A stretch of 64,000 bases of DNA from Chitinophaga pinensis (lineage in GTDB: Bacteria > Bacteroidota > Bacteroidia > NS11-12g > UBA955). The stretch is taken from positions 12,938-76,937 of the forward strand of contig CAMDDG010000003.1 in the NCBI GenBank assembly GCA_945890895.1. The letters are read 5' to 3'. The position numbers and the translations under genes are program-made. Each line of letters begins with the position of its first letter. The first letter of the stretch is position 1. Of this stretch, positions 40,519 through 51,545 are shown in pieces. Below the pieces are notes generated by a model that was given only the letters and a program-made list of their open reading frames with translations, had not been told where the DNA came from and did no database searches.

Positions 40519-40731
40519 ATTTTTTTTAGTGTATTATAAATTTCTTATACTTAATTTACCATGTAACATTTTGTAACATTCACAATAATTACCCAATCCT
40601 ACGTTTGAAGATAAAAAACATGAGTTTATCAAATTATTAAGAACATTCACTAAATGACAAAGCAAATATCCGACAAATTGGGGTAATTTTGAAAACATAA
40701 AAATTTCTTAAATCAAACCCAAATACACCTT

Positions 40732-41130
40732 ATGTTAGAAAATCAAAATCAAGAAGAAGAATTGGCTCACTTAATCATAGGAAAGGCCATTGATATTCAT
40801 AAAATACTTGGACCCGGCTTAGATAAACAAACTTATATTGATTGTTTGAAGTATGAGCTTGAATCAGATGGTTTGAACTACGAGCAAAATAAATCTATTG
40901 ATTTCCAGTACAAATCGATTTCATTGAATAATGTATACACCATCGATTTCGTAATTTCCAATCAAGTTGTTATTGAAATTGCCACATCTGCTGATATTTC
41001 CGAAGTTGAAATCCAGCGTTTATTGAAGATGATTCGTGTAAATGATTATAAATTGGGATTAATTATCAATTTCAACTCTACATTATTGAAAAACGGAATT
41101 CGAAGAGTATCAAATAATAAAACGGTTTAA
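40732..41130 (+). CDS. GxxExxY family protein (PD-(D/E)XK-like).
   Basis: IGKAIDIHKILGPGL...YIDCLKYEL...DFVISNQVVIEI...LGLIINFN matches the GxxExxY family pattern. Confidence 0.75.
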   Translation: MLENQNQEEELAHLIIGKAIDIHKILGPGLDKQTYIDCLKYELESDGLNYEQNKSIDFQYKSISLNNVYTIDFVISNQVVIEIATSADISEVEIQRLLKMIRVNDYKLGLIINFNSTLLKNGIRRVSNNKTV

Positions 41131-41324
41131 TTTAATGAGGGATTTTCTCATTAATTGATAAAATTCCATCTATGGATTGTAAAAGGAGTGGTTTATTTTC
41201 AAAATACCACTCCTTTTACTTTAATAACACTTTTTAATACTTGGAAATAAAAATTGGTTTGTCCGAAATTTCAAAGATAATTCAGGAATAATAACTCAAA
41301 CTCTGGATTATAACCCAAGCTCTT

Positions 41325-43784
41325 TTAGCGAATCAGCGTAAAATCGCCGTACATTGTGCGAATATAGTTATCGCAACCCACCCAACTCAATTTAAACACA
41401 TAAACACCCTCGGGAGCTGGTTTTCCATAAATAAATCCATCCCAGTTGCCATCCGGTGAATTCGTTTCAAGTAATTTTTCACCCCACCTATTGTACAATT
41501 TCAGATCGTAATAAGCCCCTTTTACTTCATATTTCACATTGGGATAAAGATCGTTTAAATCATCTCCGTTCGGTGTAAATGCGTTGGGCATGTAAATATC
41601 AGAAGTAAACAAATCTTTCTTCTTATTAATCCAGATAGAATCCCTACTTTTACATCCCTCATAATCAGTTACTTCAACCACATACAAACCACTGTCGTAA
41701 GCTACTATTTTTTGATTACGATTGCCGTTGTGCCACAAATAATCTCGCATTCCTGGTCCAGCATCCAATTCCGGTTTTTCTGATAAACACAATATGGTAT
41801 CATTCCCTAAATTTAAACTCGGCAAGGGAAACAAACTTAAATTTATGGAGTCCGACTCTGGACAACCATTTGAATTGATCACATCGATATAGAGTTTTCC
41901 CATGCTTTGGGCTCGATATGAATTAGCGACCGTGGTTTTATTCCAAATCACGGATTTAAAATCATTTCTGGGTGCTAAAAATATCGTATCAATTCGGTTA
42001 CAGAATTTTTTATCTGAGCCTAAATCCAAAACCAACGGATGAAATGTCAAAATGCACGTATCCTGATCAACACAGTATCCTTCCACCGCCCGTACTATGT
42101 ATTTCCCTGGACCAGAAACTTTATAGGTAGAGGAATTGGTGTTATTCAGATTTTCCCAATAGAAAATAGATAAAGGTCTATCGGTAATTGCCTTTAGAGT
42201 GATGCTCGCCGCTGGACAAACAACCGTGTCATTAAGATAAACGTTAATTTCTGGAAATTGTAAAATTCTAACAGAATCTTCTGTCAAGCAATTGAATTTC
42301 GAAACAGATTGGATGATGTATTTTCCAGGATTTGATACGAAAATAATTGAATCTGTTTTCCCAGTATTCCATCTAAAGGATTTTGCCAGAGGAGCTGTGG
42401 ATCCAATTCTTTTCGTAAAAACATCATAGGTACAATATATGGTATCTCCAAAAGCTTCCACTTTTGATTGATCTAATCCTATATTAATGGTATCAAACCA
42501 GTAGCAAGTTTGTTGTGCAACACCTAAAATGTAAGTTCCCGGAGATTTTACGACAAAAGAATCGATTCCAGGCGATCCATTCCATAAGTATTGTGTTCCT
42601 TTTATATTTGATTTGAGTTTGAATGTTGCACCTGGACACAAAACCGTATCCTGAGGTAATTGGGGTACAATTGGCTTGACAACATTAACCGTTAATTCAA
42701 AACTGTCAGTACAAGTAGTTTTAAATGCGTATAATTTTACTTTGTATGTTCCTTCCTTTGGATAAGTAAATGTGGGACGAATGGAATTGGATGTATCGTT
42801 GTTAATACTATCAACTCCAAAATCCCAATGATATCGTTGTGCACCAGAACTTAAATTTTGAAATTGGAAAGTGTAACCACAAATAAATTTAGGGGCAAAA
42901 AAACTTGCAACCACATCCACTTTACATTCCTGCACATTAAATTGATAGTCTCGAATTACTTCAGAAACAAGCATCCCTTTTCTGTATTCTTTAACTGAAA
43001 TCCCTACTACGAACTGACCCACTTTAGTTGGAGTTAACGTTATAAGTCCTGTAAATGAATCTATCTTCATAAAAGGTGCCCCATCTATGGGTAGCTGTTC
43101 ACTGTAAAAATTCTTCCATTGAATTTGGGTAAATGGAGGAGACTCAATTGTTCCATTTCCTTTATTATCGGGTCTGGGATCAATGGTATTTGCAGCAGTG
43201 AAAGGAGTAGTTAATGTATAAATCAAACTATCGCCGTCTGGATCCACCGCACTATGATCAAATCTTAAAGCGGTATTTGTACATAGAAAGTTAGGAGGCA
43301 ACTGTTTAAACACAGCACTGGAGTTGGCTTTATTTAGAGTTCGAGAATCGGGAATATACACCCAATAATTTGCTCCGGTACCCCCAGGATTTACAATATT
43401 GGTAATGGTTCCATTTCTGCAACATCGCTGAAAGGAAACGTAATATCCACCTGTAGTGGGTGGCAAAGTAACGGTTACTTCATAATAGTAATGATCAACA
43501 CATGCATTGGGTTTTACTAATATGCAATTGTAATTGGTTTTTTCTACCCGTTCTGGTCCTTTGCGATTTACTAATACTGGATAACCGTTTAGAATTCGCT
43601 GATTACTACCATTAAATACAGAAATATAGGCTTGAGCATCACTTGAAATGGCATCTGCACTGCCATTAATACAATCAATGTATACGTCCAATCGCAATTT
43701 ATATTGGTTGTTACCTAAATATAAATACGTCATTTCACCACCAACAATATGGGTAGAAAATAAGTAATTCGTAGTCCCTTGCAA
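41325..43784 (-). CDS. T9SS type B sorting-domain adhesin (gliding-motility-associated C-terminal domain) with five tandem Cys-bracketed beta modules. The start codon is uncertain.
   Basis: C-terminal type B domain (NAFTPNGDDLNDLY...WGEKL...DGNWDG) and repeated modules of about 75 aa (DT.LC.G....Y.W.NG..G.Y.V.....C). The ORF track uses a TTG start at 43784. Confidence 0.75.
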   Translation of the reverse strand: MQGTTNYLFSTHIVGGEMTYLYLGNNQYKLRLDVYIDCINGSADAISSDAQAYISVFNGSNQRILNGYPVLVNRKGPERVEKTNYNCILVKPNACVDHYYYEVTVTLPPTTGGYYVSFQRCCRNGTITNIVNPGGTGANYWVYIPDSRTLNKANSSAVFKQLPPNFLCTNTALRFDHSAVDPDGDSLIYTLTTPFTAANTIDPRPDNKGNGTIESPPFTQIQWKNFYSEQLPIDGAPFMKIDSFTGLITLTPTKVGQFVVGISVKEYRKGMLVSEVIRDYQFNVQECKVDVVASFFAPKFICGYTFQFQNLSSGAQRYHWDFGVDSINNDTSNSIRPTFTYPKEGTYKVKLYAFKTTCTDSFELTVNVVKPIVPQLPQDTVLCPGATFKLKSNIKGTQYLWNGSPGIDSFVVKSPGTYILGVAQQTCYWFDTINIGLDQSKVEAFGDTIYCTYDVFTKRIGSTAPLAKSFRWNTGKTDSIIFVSNPGKYIIQSVSKFNCLTEDSVRILQFPEINVYLNDTVVCPAASITLKAITDRPLSIFYWENLNNTNSSTYKVSGPGKYIVRAVEGYCVDQDTCILTFHPLVLDLGSDKKFCNRIDTIFLAPRNDFKSVIWNKTTVANSYRAQSMGKLYIDVINSNGCPESDSINLSLFPLPSLNLGNDTILCLSEKPELDAGPGMRDYLWHNGNRNQKIVAYDSGLYVVEVTDYEGCKSRDSIWINKKKDLFTSDIYMPNAFTPNGDDLNDLYPNVKYEVKGAYYDLKLYNRWGEKLLETNSPDGNWDGFIYGKPAPEGVYVFKLSWVGCDNYIRTMYGDFTLIR

Positions 43785-43889
43785 CCAAAAAGCAAGCGAA
43801 AGAAGTAAAAAGCGATATGTAAAACTACTTAACTGAATAACACAAAGTTAAACTCTGTTAAGTCAAAAAAAAACATGTTGACTTTTTTA

Positions 43890-44387
43890 TTACATTAAAT
43901 ACAATTCGAGATTGTTTTCTGATGTATTATTAAAAAACACATGATCTTGTAACGTAGTTGCAACAGTGATTCCTACATAGTTGGCTAATATGGGAAAAAC
44001 ACGATGTGCTCTCTCGGCTAAAAACACGGTTTCCAAACCTGCAACGCCTTGTTCAAAAATCCAAGAACAAGCCACAAAAGCTGTTTTACCAGAATTTAAT
44101 ACATCATCTACCAGAATAATTACCGCTCCTTTTTCAATATCGGATAACTCAGTATGTATTTTAACTTTATTATCCTCAATATCAATATGTCCAACTGGAA
44201 ATAAACTATTGGAAATAATATGAGTTAGTTCCGAATACAGTGAATCAGCAACGAACTTCCCTCTTTGATTTAATCCAACAAGTTTAATTTTATCAGAATC
44301 AATATGATTTTCGGCAATTTGATGTGCGAGTCGCTGAATAATCAGCTTAATTTCGTTGTGTTCTGCAATGGTTCTTTTTTTATCCAT
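43890..44387 (-). CDS. pyrR: PyrR-like phosphoribosyltransferase (pyr operon regulator / uracil PRTase family).
   Basis: PRPP-binding motif VIILVDDVLNSGKT and a PyrR-type length and layout. Confidence 0.6.
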   Translation of the reverse strand: MDKKRTIAEHNEIKLIIQRLAHQIAENHIDSDKIKLVGLNQRGKFVADSLYSELTHIISNSLFPVGHIDIEDNKVKIHTELSDIEKGAVIILVDDVLNSGKTAFVACSWIFEQGVAGLETVFLAERAHRVFPILANYVGITVATTLQDHVFFNNTSENNLELYLM

Positions 44388-44414
44388 TTGATTTCGAAGA
44401 TAACTGTTTTACCA

Positions 44415-44921
44415 TTAGATTTCTTGAATTCCATTTGCATTTTTTTCCAAACGACTCAAATATTTGTATCGTTGGAACCAAGAATTTAACCTTCCTGTTA
44501 TTTCGGTAGAAAAGTTTTTAATAGACCAATGGTTATTATTCACTTGATTATCTATGTCTATTAATTCCTGTTTTAATGCATCCATTTGGTTGTTTATGCT
44601 TTTAATTGCTGAATTTAGACTGGTTTCATTTCCGGATATTCCGATTTCAATTTCATCTGAAATTTCCATCATCTCCATCAAAAAATCAGAATTTAAAACA
44701 TTCTCATTTATGTTTACTGTTCCATTTATTTGAAGTATGCATTTTACACGCAGTATATCCGACTTTAAAATTGCATAGTATTCATTTGCCTTCTCCGATA
44801 ATTGTCCATCCGATCCAAAATCGGGGTGTTCACCCATTTGAATGGATAAGTATTTTTGTCGGATCTTTTTTTGATCTGGCAAAATAGATTCCGGTATTCC
44901 AAAAAATTCGAATGGATTCAT
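44415..44921 (-). CDS. J-domain co-chaperone, HscB-like.
   Basis: N-terminal MNPFEFFGIP...KYLSIQMGEHPDF (HPD motif), with HscB-like spacing. Confidence 0.45.
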   Translation of the reverse strand: MNPFEFFGIPESILPDQKKIRQKYLSIQMGEHPDFGSDGQLSEKANEYYAILKSDILRVKCILQINGTVNINENVLNSDFLMEMMEISDEIEIGISGNETSLNSAIKSINNQMDALKQELIDIDNQVNNNHWSIKNFSTEITGRLNSWFQRYKYLSRLEKNANGIQEI

Positions 44922-45037
44922 AATTATAAAAATCGTAACTCTTTTTTGGGTGATTGAAAAAATTGTATTAGAGAAATTTAAATAAACAGATAATGCTGTT
45001 AATTAAAAAAACTCCAATATATGATTATATAAATAGT

Positions 45038-46381
45038 TTAAAATCCCAATAAACGTGAAATATCAACCCAGAAAATAAAAACGAAAAGACTCAACAATAT
45101 GGCCATTCCGATCAATTGTCCGATATATAAAACTTTTTCATTTACAGGTCGTCGTGCAATAATTTCGTATAACAAAAACATTACATGTCCACCATCAAGA
45201 GCTGGAATAGGCAGGATGTTCATCAAAGCGAGCGCTAAACTGAGCGTTGCAGTTAATGTCCAGAAATTTATCCAATCCCAACGAGGCCCATACATTTGAG
45301 CAATACCAATCGGACCAGCTAATGAGCTTTTAGCATTCACTTTTCCAGAAACCACTTTTTTAAGACCTGCCAAATTAGCCGATATCATACCAAAACTTTT
45401 GGTACTGCCTTGAGACACGGATTCAAGTAAACTGTACGATATTTTCTTTTCTTTACCTTCGAATCCACCGATAGCGGGTTGGAATCCAATGGTTCCATCT
45501 TCACTGATTTCAACTGAAGTTTCACGCGTATTATTCGATGAATCAGTTAAAATCATTTTTGATTTCTTACCTGCTCTGGCCGTCAACATTTCTTTGAATT
45601 CAAAAAAAGATGCCACGGGTTGAGAGTCAATCATCGTGATTTTATCTCCCGCCTTTATACCTGCTTTATCGGCTGGACTTCCTCCTACTATTTTGCCTAT
45701 TGAAAACGCATATCGAGGAGAAATAAAAGGTAGTTCAGAAGTCAAACTGATTTTATCTTCCATATTTTCAGGAAGTAAAATGGTTGTATCCTTGCCGTTA
45801 CGATTTATTTGAACTTCTTTTTTAGTTTTTGTAAGAAACGAAGGATCGCCGAATTCAGCTAATAAATTTTCAACCGGCTTACCATTCAACGCCATTATTT
45901 TATCACCTGTTTTGAAACCAATTTTACGCGCATCTGGGGAAGCATACACCCCACCTAATTCATTTACTGTAGAATTGGGGATATACGTTTCACCTTGTGA
46001 AAATATCAACCCAGAAATAACAAAAATTCCCAATACTAAATTTACAAACACACCGCCCACCATTACAATTAATCGCTGCCAAGCGGGTTTGGAACGAAAT
46101 TCCCAAGGTTGTGGTTCACTTTTCAATTGGTTGGTATCTAAACTCTCATCCACCATTCCGGCTATTTTTACATAACCTCCCAGTGGTAACCATCCAATAC
46201 CGTATTCCGTATCTCCTTTTTTGAATTTAAATAATTTAATTCCAAAAGCATCGAAGAATAAATAGAACTTTTCGACTTTAATGCCGAATGCTCTAGCTGC
46301 TAAAAAATGTCCTAATTCATGAAGCGTTACTAAAATTGCTAACGCCGCGAAAAATTGAAGTAAAGTAATAATGGTATTCAT
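45038..46381 (-). CDS. rseP: RIP metalloprotease RseP (site-2 protease, M50).
   Basis: HELGHF zinc motif, two PDZ domains, and the C-terminal LDGG motif. Confidence 0.85.
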   Translation of the reverse strand: MNTIITLLQFFAALAILVTLHELGHFLAARAFGIKVEKFYLFFDAFGIKLFKFKKGDTEYGIGWLPLGGYVKIAGMVDESLDTNQLKSEPQPWEFRSKPAWQRLIVMVGGVFVNLVLGIFVISGLIFSQGETYIPNSTVNELGGVYASPDARKIGFKTGDKIMALNGKPVENLLAEFGDPSFLTKTKKEVQINRNGKDTTILLPENMEDKISLTSELPFISPRYAFSIGKIVGGSPADKAGIKAGDKITMIDSQPVASFFEFKEMLTARAGKKSKMILTDSSNNTRETSVEISEDGTIGFQPAIGGFEGKEKKISYSLLESVSQGSTKSFGMISANLAGLKKVVSGKVNAKSSLAGPIGIAQMYGPRWDWINFWTLTATLSLALALMNILPIPALDGGHVMFLLYEIIARRPVNEKVLYIGQLIGMAILLSLFVFIFWVDISRLLGF

Positions 46382-46464
46382 GTGAAAACGCAAAAATAAG
46401 GGATCAACCGCTTCGATGGGTTAGGATTTCGCGAAAAAGAGAAATAAATCGGATGAATTATCAA

Positions 46465-47001
46465 TTACAATGCTTTTTTCATTTTAAAATGAGGAATTCC
46501 TACTTCTTGGAACTCGTCGCTAGCAATTTTATAATTCATAGATAAATAAAATGGAACAGCGGATTTTCGGGCATTCAATTCAAAATGAGTAATCCCTATT
46601 TTCTGGGCTTCTATTTCTACAAATTGTATCAATTGTTTCCCTATCCCTTTTCCTTGTAAACTACTGTTAACTGCAACTTGACGCATTTTAAAAACAACAG
46701 AATCGGAATTATTTCTTAATTCCGATTGTAACAAAATACCCTCGGTTCGGAATTTATATAAATCATCTGAATAAGATCCACTTGATCTATTGCCAATATT
46801 GATTTTATTGCTTTCTCCAGATAAAATCAAGCAAGCAACAACTTGATTATCCTTTATTCCTACAAAATGCAAACTGGTTTGATCCGGAACTAAATCCGAT
46901 TTCGAAAAATGCAATCCCAAAGGATTCCGTAAAACATCGTATCGCAATGCGAGAGATTGATAATAAGCGGGTGATCGGAATTCAACTCTTTGAAATTGCA
47001 T
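46465..47001 (-). CDS. GNAT family N-acetyltransferase.
   Basis: Acetyl-CoA binding motif LQGKGIGKQL. Confidence 0.75.
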   Translation of the reverse strand: MQFQRVEFRSPAYYQSLALRYDVLRNPLGLHFSKSDLVPDQTSLHFVGIKDNQVVACLILSGESNKINIGNRSSGSYSDDLYKFRTEGILLQSELRNNSDSVVFKMRQVAVNSSLQGKGIGKQLIQFVEIEAQKIGITHFELNARKSAVPFYLSMNYKIASDEFQEVGIPHFKMKKAL

Positions 47002-47028
47002 TTACATTTAATAATGGTAAAATTTAAC

Positions 47029-49299
47029 TTATTCTTTGTCTTGAGCTTCTACAACACCCAATGCTACCATGTTCATTATTTCTCTTACCGTTGAACTATG
47101 GTGTAAAATATGCACTGTTTTTTTGAATCCCAATAGTACGGGACCTATTGCTTCAACATTTCCCATAGTTCTTAAAATTTGATACGTTGCATTTGCACTC
47201 TCTAAATTCGAAAAAATGAATGTATTTGCTGCTTTTGTTCCCAATTTATTGAATGGGTAAAAATTCATGCGTTGTTCTCCGTCGATGGCAAATACGGGTT
47301 GCATTTCACCATCAACAATAATCTCGGGATCATTTTCATGCAATCGTTTTACTACTTTCGACATCATAGTAGGTGTAGTTTGATCTTGATTCGACCCGAA
47401 GTTCGAATAAGAAATCAAAGCGATGCGCGGTTCAATTTGGAATGATTTTACTTTTTCGTGAACATCTTTAACCAAACAATACATTTCTTCTTCGTTTAAT
47501 TGAACATTCACAGTGGTATCAGAGAAGAATTTTGGGCCGTATTTGGTCATCATGATATGCATTCCTGAAATTCTTGATGACTTTTGGGACGTTCCAATGC
47601 ACTCTAAAGCAGGTTTTAATGCTAATGGGTAATTTCTTGTTAAACCAGAAATGAATACATCCGCTTCACCATTCATAACCATCATGGAACCGAAATAATT
47701 TCGATTTGCCATTTGGTATTTAGCTTCATAATGTGTTAAACCTTTACGTCCTCTTTTATCGAAAAGGAGTTTGCCGTATTCTTCTTGTTTGGTAAGTTCT
47801 TTTCGAGGATCAATAATAGATACATTGGGCAATTCAATGCTGTTCTCTGCCATGATTGCGCGGATATTTTCCTCATTTCCCAATAAAATAGGTTGGGCTA
47901 TTTTTTCATTTAAACACCCTTGTGCGGCGCGTAAAATTTTTACGTTATCCGCTTCTGCGAAAACTACTTTTTTGGGGGATGTTTTTGCTCTTGTCATCAA
48001 ACGATTTACAAAATCGTTATCTATGCCCAAACGTTTGCGTAAACTTTCCTTGTATTCTTCCCAATCTGTAATGGGCATTCGAGCTACTCCTGAATCCATA
48101 GCAGCTTTGGCCACAGCTGGTGCTACAGTTGTGATCAACCTGGGATCAATGGGTTTAGGTATGATATAATTCTTGCCAAAACTCAGATTATTTTCATTGT
48201 ATGCCATCATTACTACTTCAGGTACGGGCTCATGCGCCAATGCAGCAATGGCTCTCACCGCAGCTAATTTCATTGCTTCATTTATAGCTGTAGAACGAAC
48301 ATCCAATGCTCCTCTGAAAATGAATGGAAATCCCAACACATTATTTACCTGATTGGGATAATCGCTTCTACCTGTTGCCATAATAATGTCTGGTCGAGTT
48401 TGAACAGCTAAATTATAATCGATTTCAGGAGTAGGATTTGCCATGGCAAATACAATAGGATCATTCGCCATAGAAAGAATCATTTCAGGTGTAAGTATGT
48501 TTCCTTTGCTCAATCCCACAAAAACATCAGCACCAACCAACGCTTCCTCTAAGGAACTCAGTTCGCGAGAGGTTGCAAATTGGCTTTTATATTTATCTAA
48601 ATCTTCTCTTTTATTGTTGATAACGCCTTTGGAATCAAGCATAACAATGTTGTTTTTGTTTACTCCAAGACTCACGAAAAGCTTGGTACACGCAATTGCA
48701 GAAGCACCTGCCCCATTCACAACTAATTTTACTTTATCGATATCCTTACCAACAATTTGCAACGCATTGATTAATCCAGCACCTGAAATAATTGCCGTGC
48801 CGTGTTGATCATCGTGCATTATGGGTATATTCAATTCTGCTTTTAATCGTTCTTCAATCTCAAAACTTTCTGGCGCTTTAATATCTTCCAAATTGATTCC
48901 ACCGAACGTGGGCTCCATAGCTTTAACCGTTTGAATAAATTCTTCAACTCCTTTACAATTCAATTCAATATCAAAAACATCAATATCTGCGAATAATTTA
49001 AACAGTACGCCTTTCCCTTCCATCACCGGCTTTGATGCTTCGGGTCCTATATCCCCTAAACCCAAAACTGCTGTTCCATTACTTATTACTGCAACTAAAT
49101 TACCTTTAGCTGTGTATTTGTATACATCTTCGGGATTTTCTGCTATTTTTAAACATGGTTCAGCCACTCCAGGAGAATAAGCCAAAGCCAAATCAAATTG
49201 TGTTCGTGTAGGTTTGGTAGATATGACTTCTATTTTTCCTGGTCTACCTTCTGAGTGGTAAGAAAGGGCATCAAAATACTTCTTATTCTTGTTTGACAT
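47029..49299 (-). CDS. maeB: NADP-dependent malic enzyme (malic enzyme domain fused to a PTA-like domain).
   Basis: Malic_M/NAD-binding N-terminal half and a phosphate acetyltransferase-like C-terminal half; 756 aa. Confidence 0.9.
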   Translation of the reverse strand: MSNKNKKYFDALSYHSEGRPGKIEVISTKPTRTQFDLALAYSPGVAEPCLKIAENPEDVYKYTAKGNLVAVISNGTAVLGLGDIGPEASKPVMEGKGVLFKLFADIDVFDIELNCKGVEEFIQTVKAMEPTFGGINLEDIKAPESFEIEERLKAELNIPIMHDDQHGTAIISGAGLINALQIVGKDIDKVKLVVNGAGASAIACTKLFVSLGVNKNNIVMLDSKGVINNKREDLDKYKSQFATSRELSSLEEALVGADVFVGLSKGNILTPEMILSMANDPIVFAMANPTPEIDYNLAVQTRPDIIMATGRSDYPNQVNNVLGFPFIFRGALDVRSTAINEAMKLAAVRAIAALAHEPVPEVVMMAYNENNLSFGKNYIIPKPIDPRLITTVAPAVAKAAMDSGVARMPITDWEEYKESLRKRLGIDNDFVNRLMTRAKTSPKKVVFAEADNVKILRAAQGCLNEKIAQPILLGNEENIRAIMAENSIELPNVSIIDPRKELTKQEEYGKLLFDKRGRKGLTHYEAKYQMANRNYFGSMMVMNGEADVFISGLTRNYPLALKPALECIGTSQKSSRISGMHIMMTKYGPKFFSDTTVNVQLNEEEMYCLVKDVHEKVKSFQIEPRIALISYSNFGSNQDQTTPTMMSKVVKRLHENDPEIIVDGEMQPVFAIDGEQRMNFYPFNKLGTKAANTFIFSNLESANATYQILRTMGNVEAIGPVLLGFKKTVHILHHSSTVREIMNMVALGVVEAQDKE

Positions 49300-49352
49300 A
49301 AGACTGCAAAGATAATCATTTACCTTTTGTGTCTGTTGTGTATTAAGAAACC

Positions 49353-51401
49353 ATGAAACGGAACAAATTACTTAAATTTATCATTGTATTTACGGGAATT
49401 ATCACTGGAAACCAGTTTTTGGCCAACTCTTCCCCGGGACCAAGAAAAATTTATTTTCAACATGTCAAAACTCAAAAAATAGATTCGGTTGAAGTCGATT
49501 TTTACGGAAATACACGTTTTACCGGAATACAAAATGGTCAATACAGAATTTCATTTATTGGAAAGGACCATTTAATTCAAAATCAGAAATTTTCATCCTT
49601 GCTGGTTTATTCATTGAATTCAAAGGAAATTTATCACTTCGATAATATGTTTTTCACACCAAATTTGGTCGTTAATGGCAATATTAATTGCGATAAAGTA
49701 GGTATTGTATGCGCTAAAGAATCCCGTCCTAAAACACTTGAAAAAAGGCCACATCGATTAACCCCTAAGATCGTTCCGGGTGATTTAACAAAATCGAGAA
49801 CCGAAGACGTGGCAGAGACTATTTCAACCGATGAAGTTACATTAATGAAGGATGCAACTACTACACATGCATGGGAATCGGATGCTCCAACATCTCCAGA
49901 AAAGAGCAAAAAAACTTCGATCTCTGAATTTGGAAGCTCTATTCATCTTGAGGAAAGCGTTAAAGTAGAACGTGTTAAACGATTAGATTACAAAGAGATG
50001 CCTGTTAGAAAACCAGCTATTGAATCTGAAGAAGAAACATATAGAGCAGGTATAGTCACGGCGGGTCGCTGGTCAGATTTAGAAAATTGGTCAAAATTTC
50101 AAAAAACACACGAAGAGGCGTCTATAAAACACATTCAAAATGTATGGGGATTTGATTTGTTGCATAAACGAATTTCAGTGAAAATAACCAATGAAAAAGG
50201 AATTGGCTTGCCACAACAACGACTAGAGTTGCGCAACGAGAAAGATTCAGCTATTTGGTCAACAATTACAGATAATCAAGGTTTGGCTGAATTGTGGGCA
50301 TATCCGTTTTCGTTGAATTCACCGAATAAATTGGAAAAAATGAATCTATATTTACTTTCAGATTTCCGTTGGACATCATTGGGAAAAGTATCTGTAGGCA
50401 ATAATTCTATCGAAGAATTTCGATTAAATAAATCCATTGAAAATTTAAATGAAGTTGATGTTTGTTTTGTCATGGATGCTACGGGTAGTATGGGAGATGA
50501 AATCCGATATTTACAAAAAGAACTTAGCTATTTTGTACAAAATGCTCAAATTTCACTTCCTTGTTCTAAAATTCGAATTTCCAGTGTTTTTTATCGTGAT
50601 AACGGTGATGCGTATGTGAGTAAATCTGCTGAATTTACAGAGCGCATTGATGATATTTTGGGATTTATCTCTGAACAAAGCGCAGGTGGTGGAGGTGATT
50701 TTCCTGAAGCAGTAGATGCTGGATTGAATACGGCAATTAATGAACTCAAATGGTCGTCAAAATCCATTGCAAAAATTATATTCTTGGTTTTGGATGCACC
50801 TCCGCACGAATATAAGGCAAAAAAAATTCGAGAATTAGTTCAAGAAGCATCATCTAAAGGCATTAAAATCATACCCATAACAGCGAGTGGTATTAATACA
50901 TCCACTGAATTTTTAATGAAATATATGGCCAGTATGACGGGTGGTGAATATGTGTATATTACGGAACATTCTGGTGTTGGTAATTCACATATTAAACCCA
51001 CTGGAGTTAAGGAAAACGTTGATCTTTTAAAGAATCAATGGATGAACATATTGATTAAGTATGCTCAATATGGTAATTGCGATAAACTATCGGATTCATT
51101 GATTAATCCCATTCAAGTAGATCCAAGAAGAAACATTTTTGGTAACCAACAAGTATTTATTGAAACCTATCCTAACCCCGCTTCCAATTATATTGACGTA
51201 GAATCCAATACCGATATTGTTGGCATAAAATGGTACGACATGAATCATCGATTGATAATGGAGATTAAGAACGATCAACCATCTACGAAAAAGCGATTTG
51301 AATTTCCTGTTCAAGTACCTGGCTTTTACATATTAGAAGTCAACACGGTATCGGGTAATTTTAACAACAAAACAATGCTCACTCATGGTTTCAAGAGTTA
51401 G
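49353..51401 (+). CDS. vWA domain protein with a signal peptide and a T9SS type A C-terminal sorting domain.
   Basis: vWA MIDAS motif (DVCFVMDATGSMGDE) and a C-terminal Por_Secre_tail (TYPNPASNYIDV...GFYILEV). Confidence 0.75.
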   Translation: MKRNKLLKFIIVFTGIITGNQFLANSSPGPRKIYFQHVKTQKIDSVEVDFYGNTRFTGIQNGQYRISFIGKDHLIQNQKFSSLLVYSLNSKEIYHFDNMFFTPNLVVNGNINCDKVGIVCAKESRPKTLEKRPHRLTPKIVPGDLTKSRTEDVAETISTDEVTLMKDATTTHAWESDAPTSPEKSKKTSISEFGSSIHLEESVKVERVKRLDYKEMPVRKPAIESEEETYRAGIVTAGRWSDLENWSKFQKTHEEASIKHIQNVWGFDLLHKRISVKITNEKGIGLPQQRLELRNEKDSAIWSTITDNQGLAELWAYPFSLNSPNKLEKMNLYLLSDFRWTSLGKVSVGNNSIEEFRLNKSIENLNEVDVCFVMDATGSMGDEIRYLQKELSYFVQNAQISLPCSKIRISSVFYRDNGDAYVSKSAEFTERIDDILGFISEQSAGGGGDFPEAVDAGLNTAINELKWSSKSIAKIIFLVLDAPPHEYKAKKIRELVQEASSKGIKIIPITASGINTSTEFLMKYMASMTGGEYVYITEHSGVGNSHIKPTGVKENVDLLKNQWMNILIKYAQYGNCDKLSDSLINPIQVDPRRNIFGNQQVFIETYPNPASNYIDVESNTDIVGIKWYDMNHRLIMEIKNDQPSTKKRFEFPVQVPGFYILEVNTVSGNFNNKTMLTHGFKS

Positions 51402-51545
51402 AATACAATACTGAATTGATTAAGTAATTCATTTTTCCAACTATTGGTAGTTTAATTAAATGCGCAATGAATCAGCAGGAATAAGATTGAGTTCTTTAAC
51501 TGTGTAAAATTGTGCATTTTTGTATCTCATAAACTTTATTCCGTG

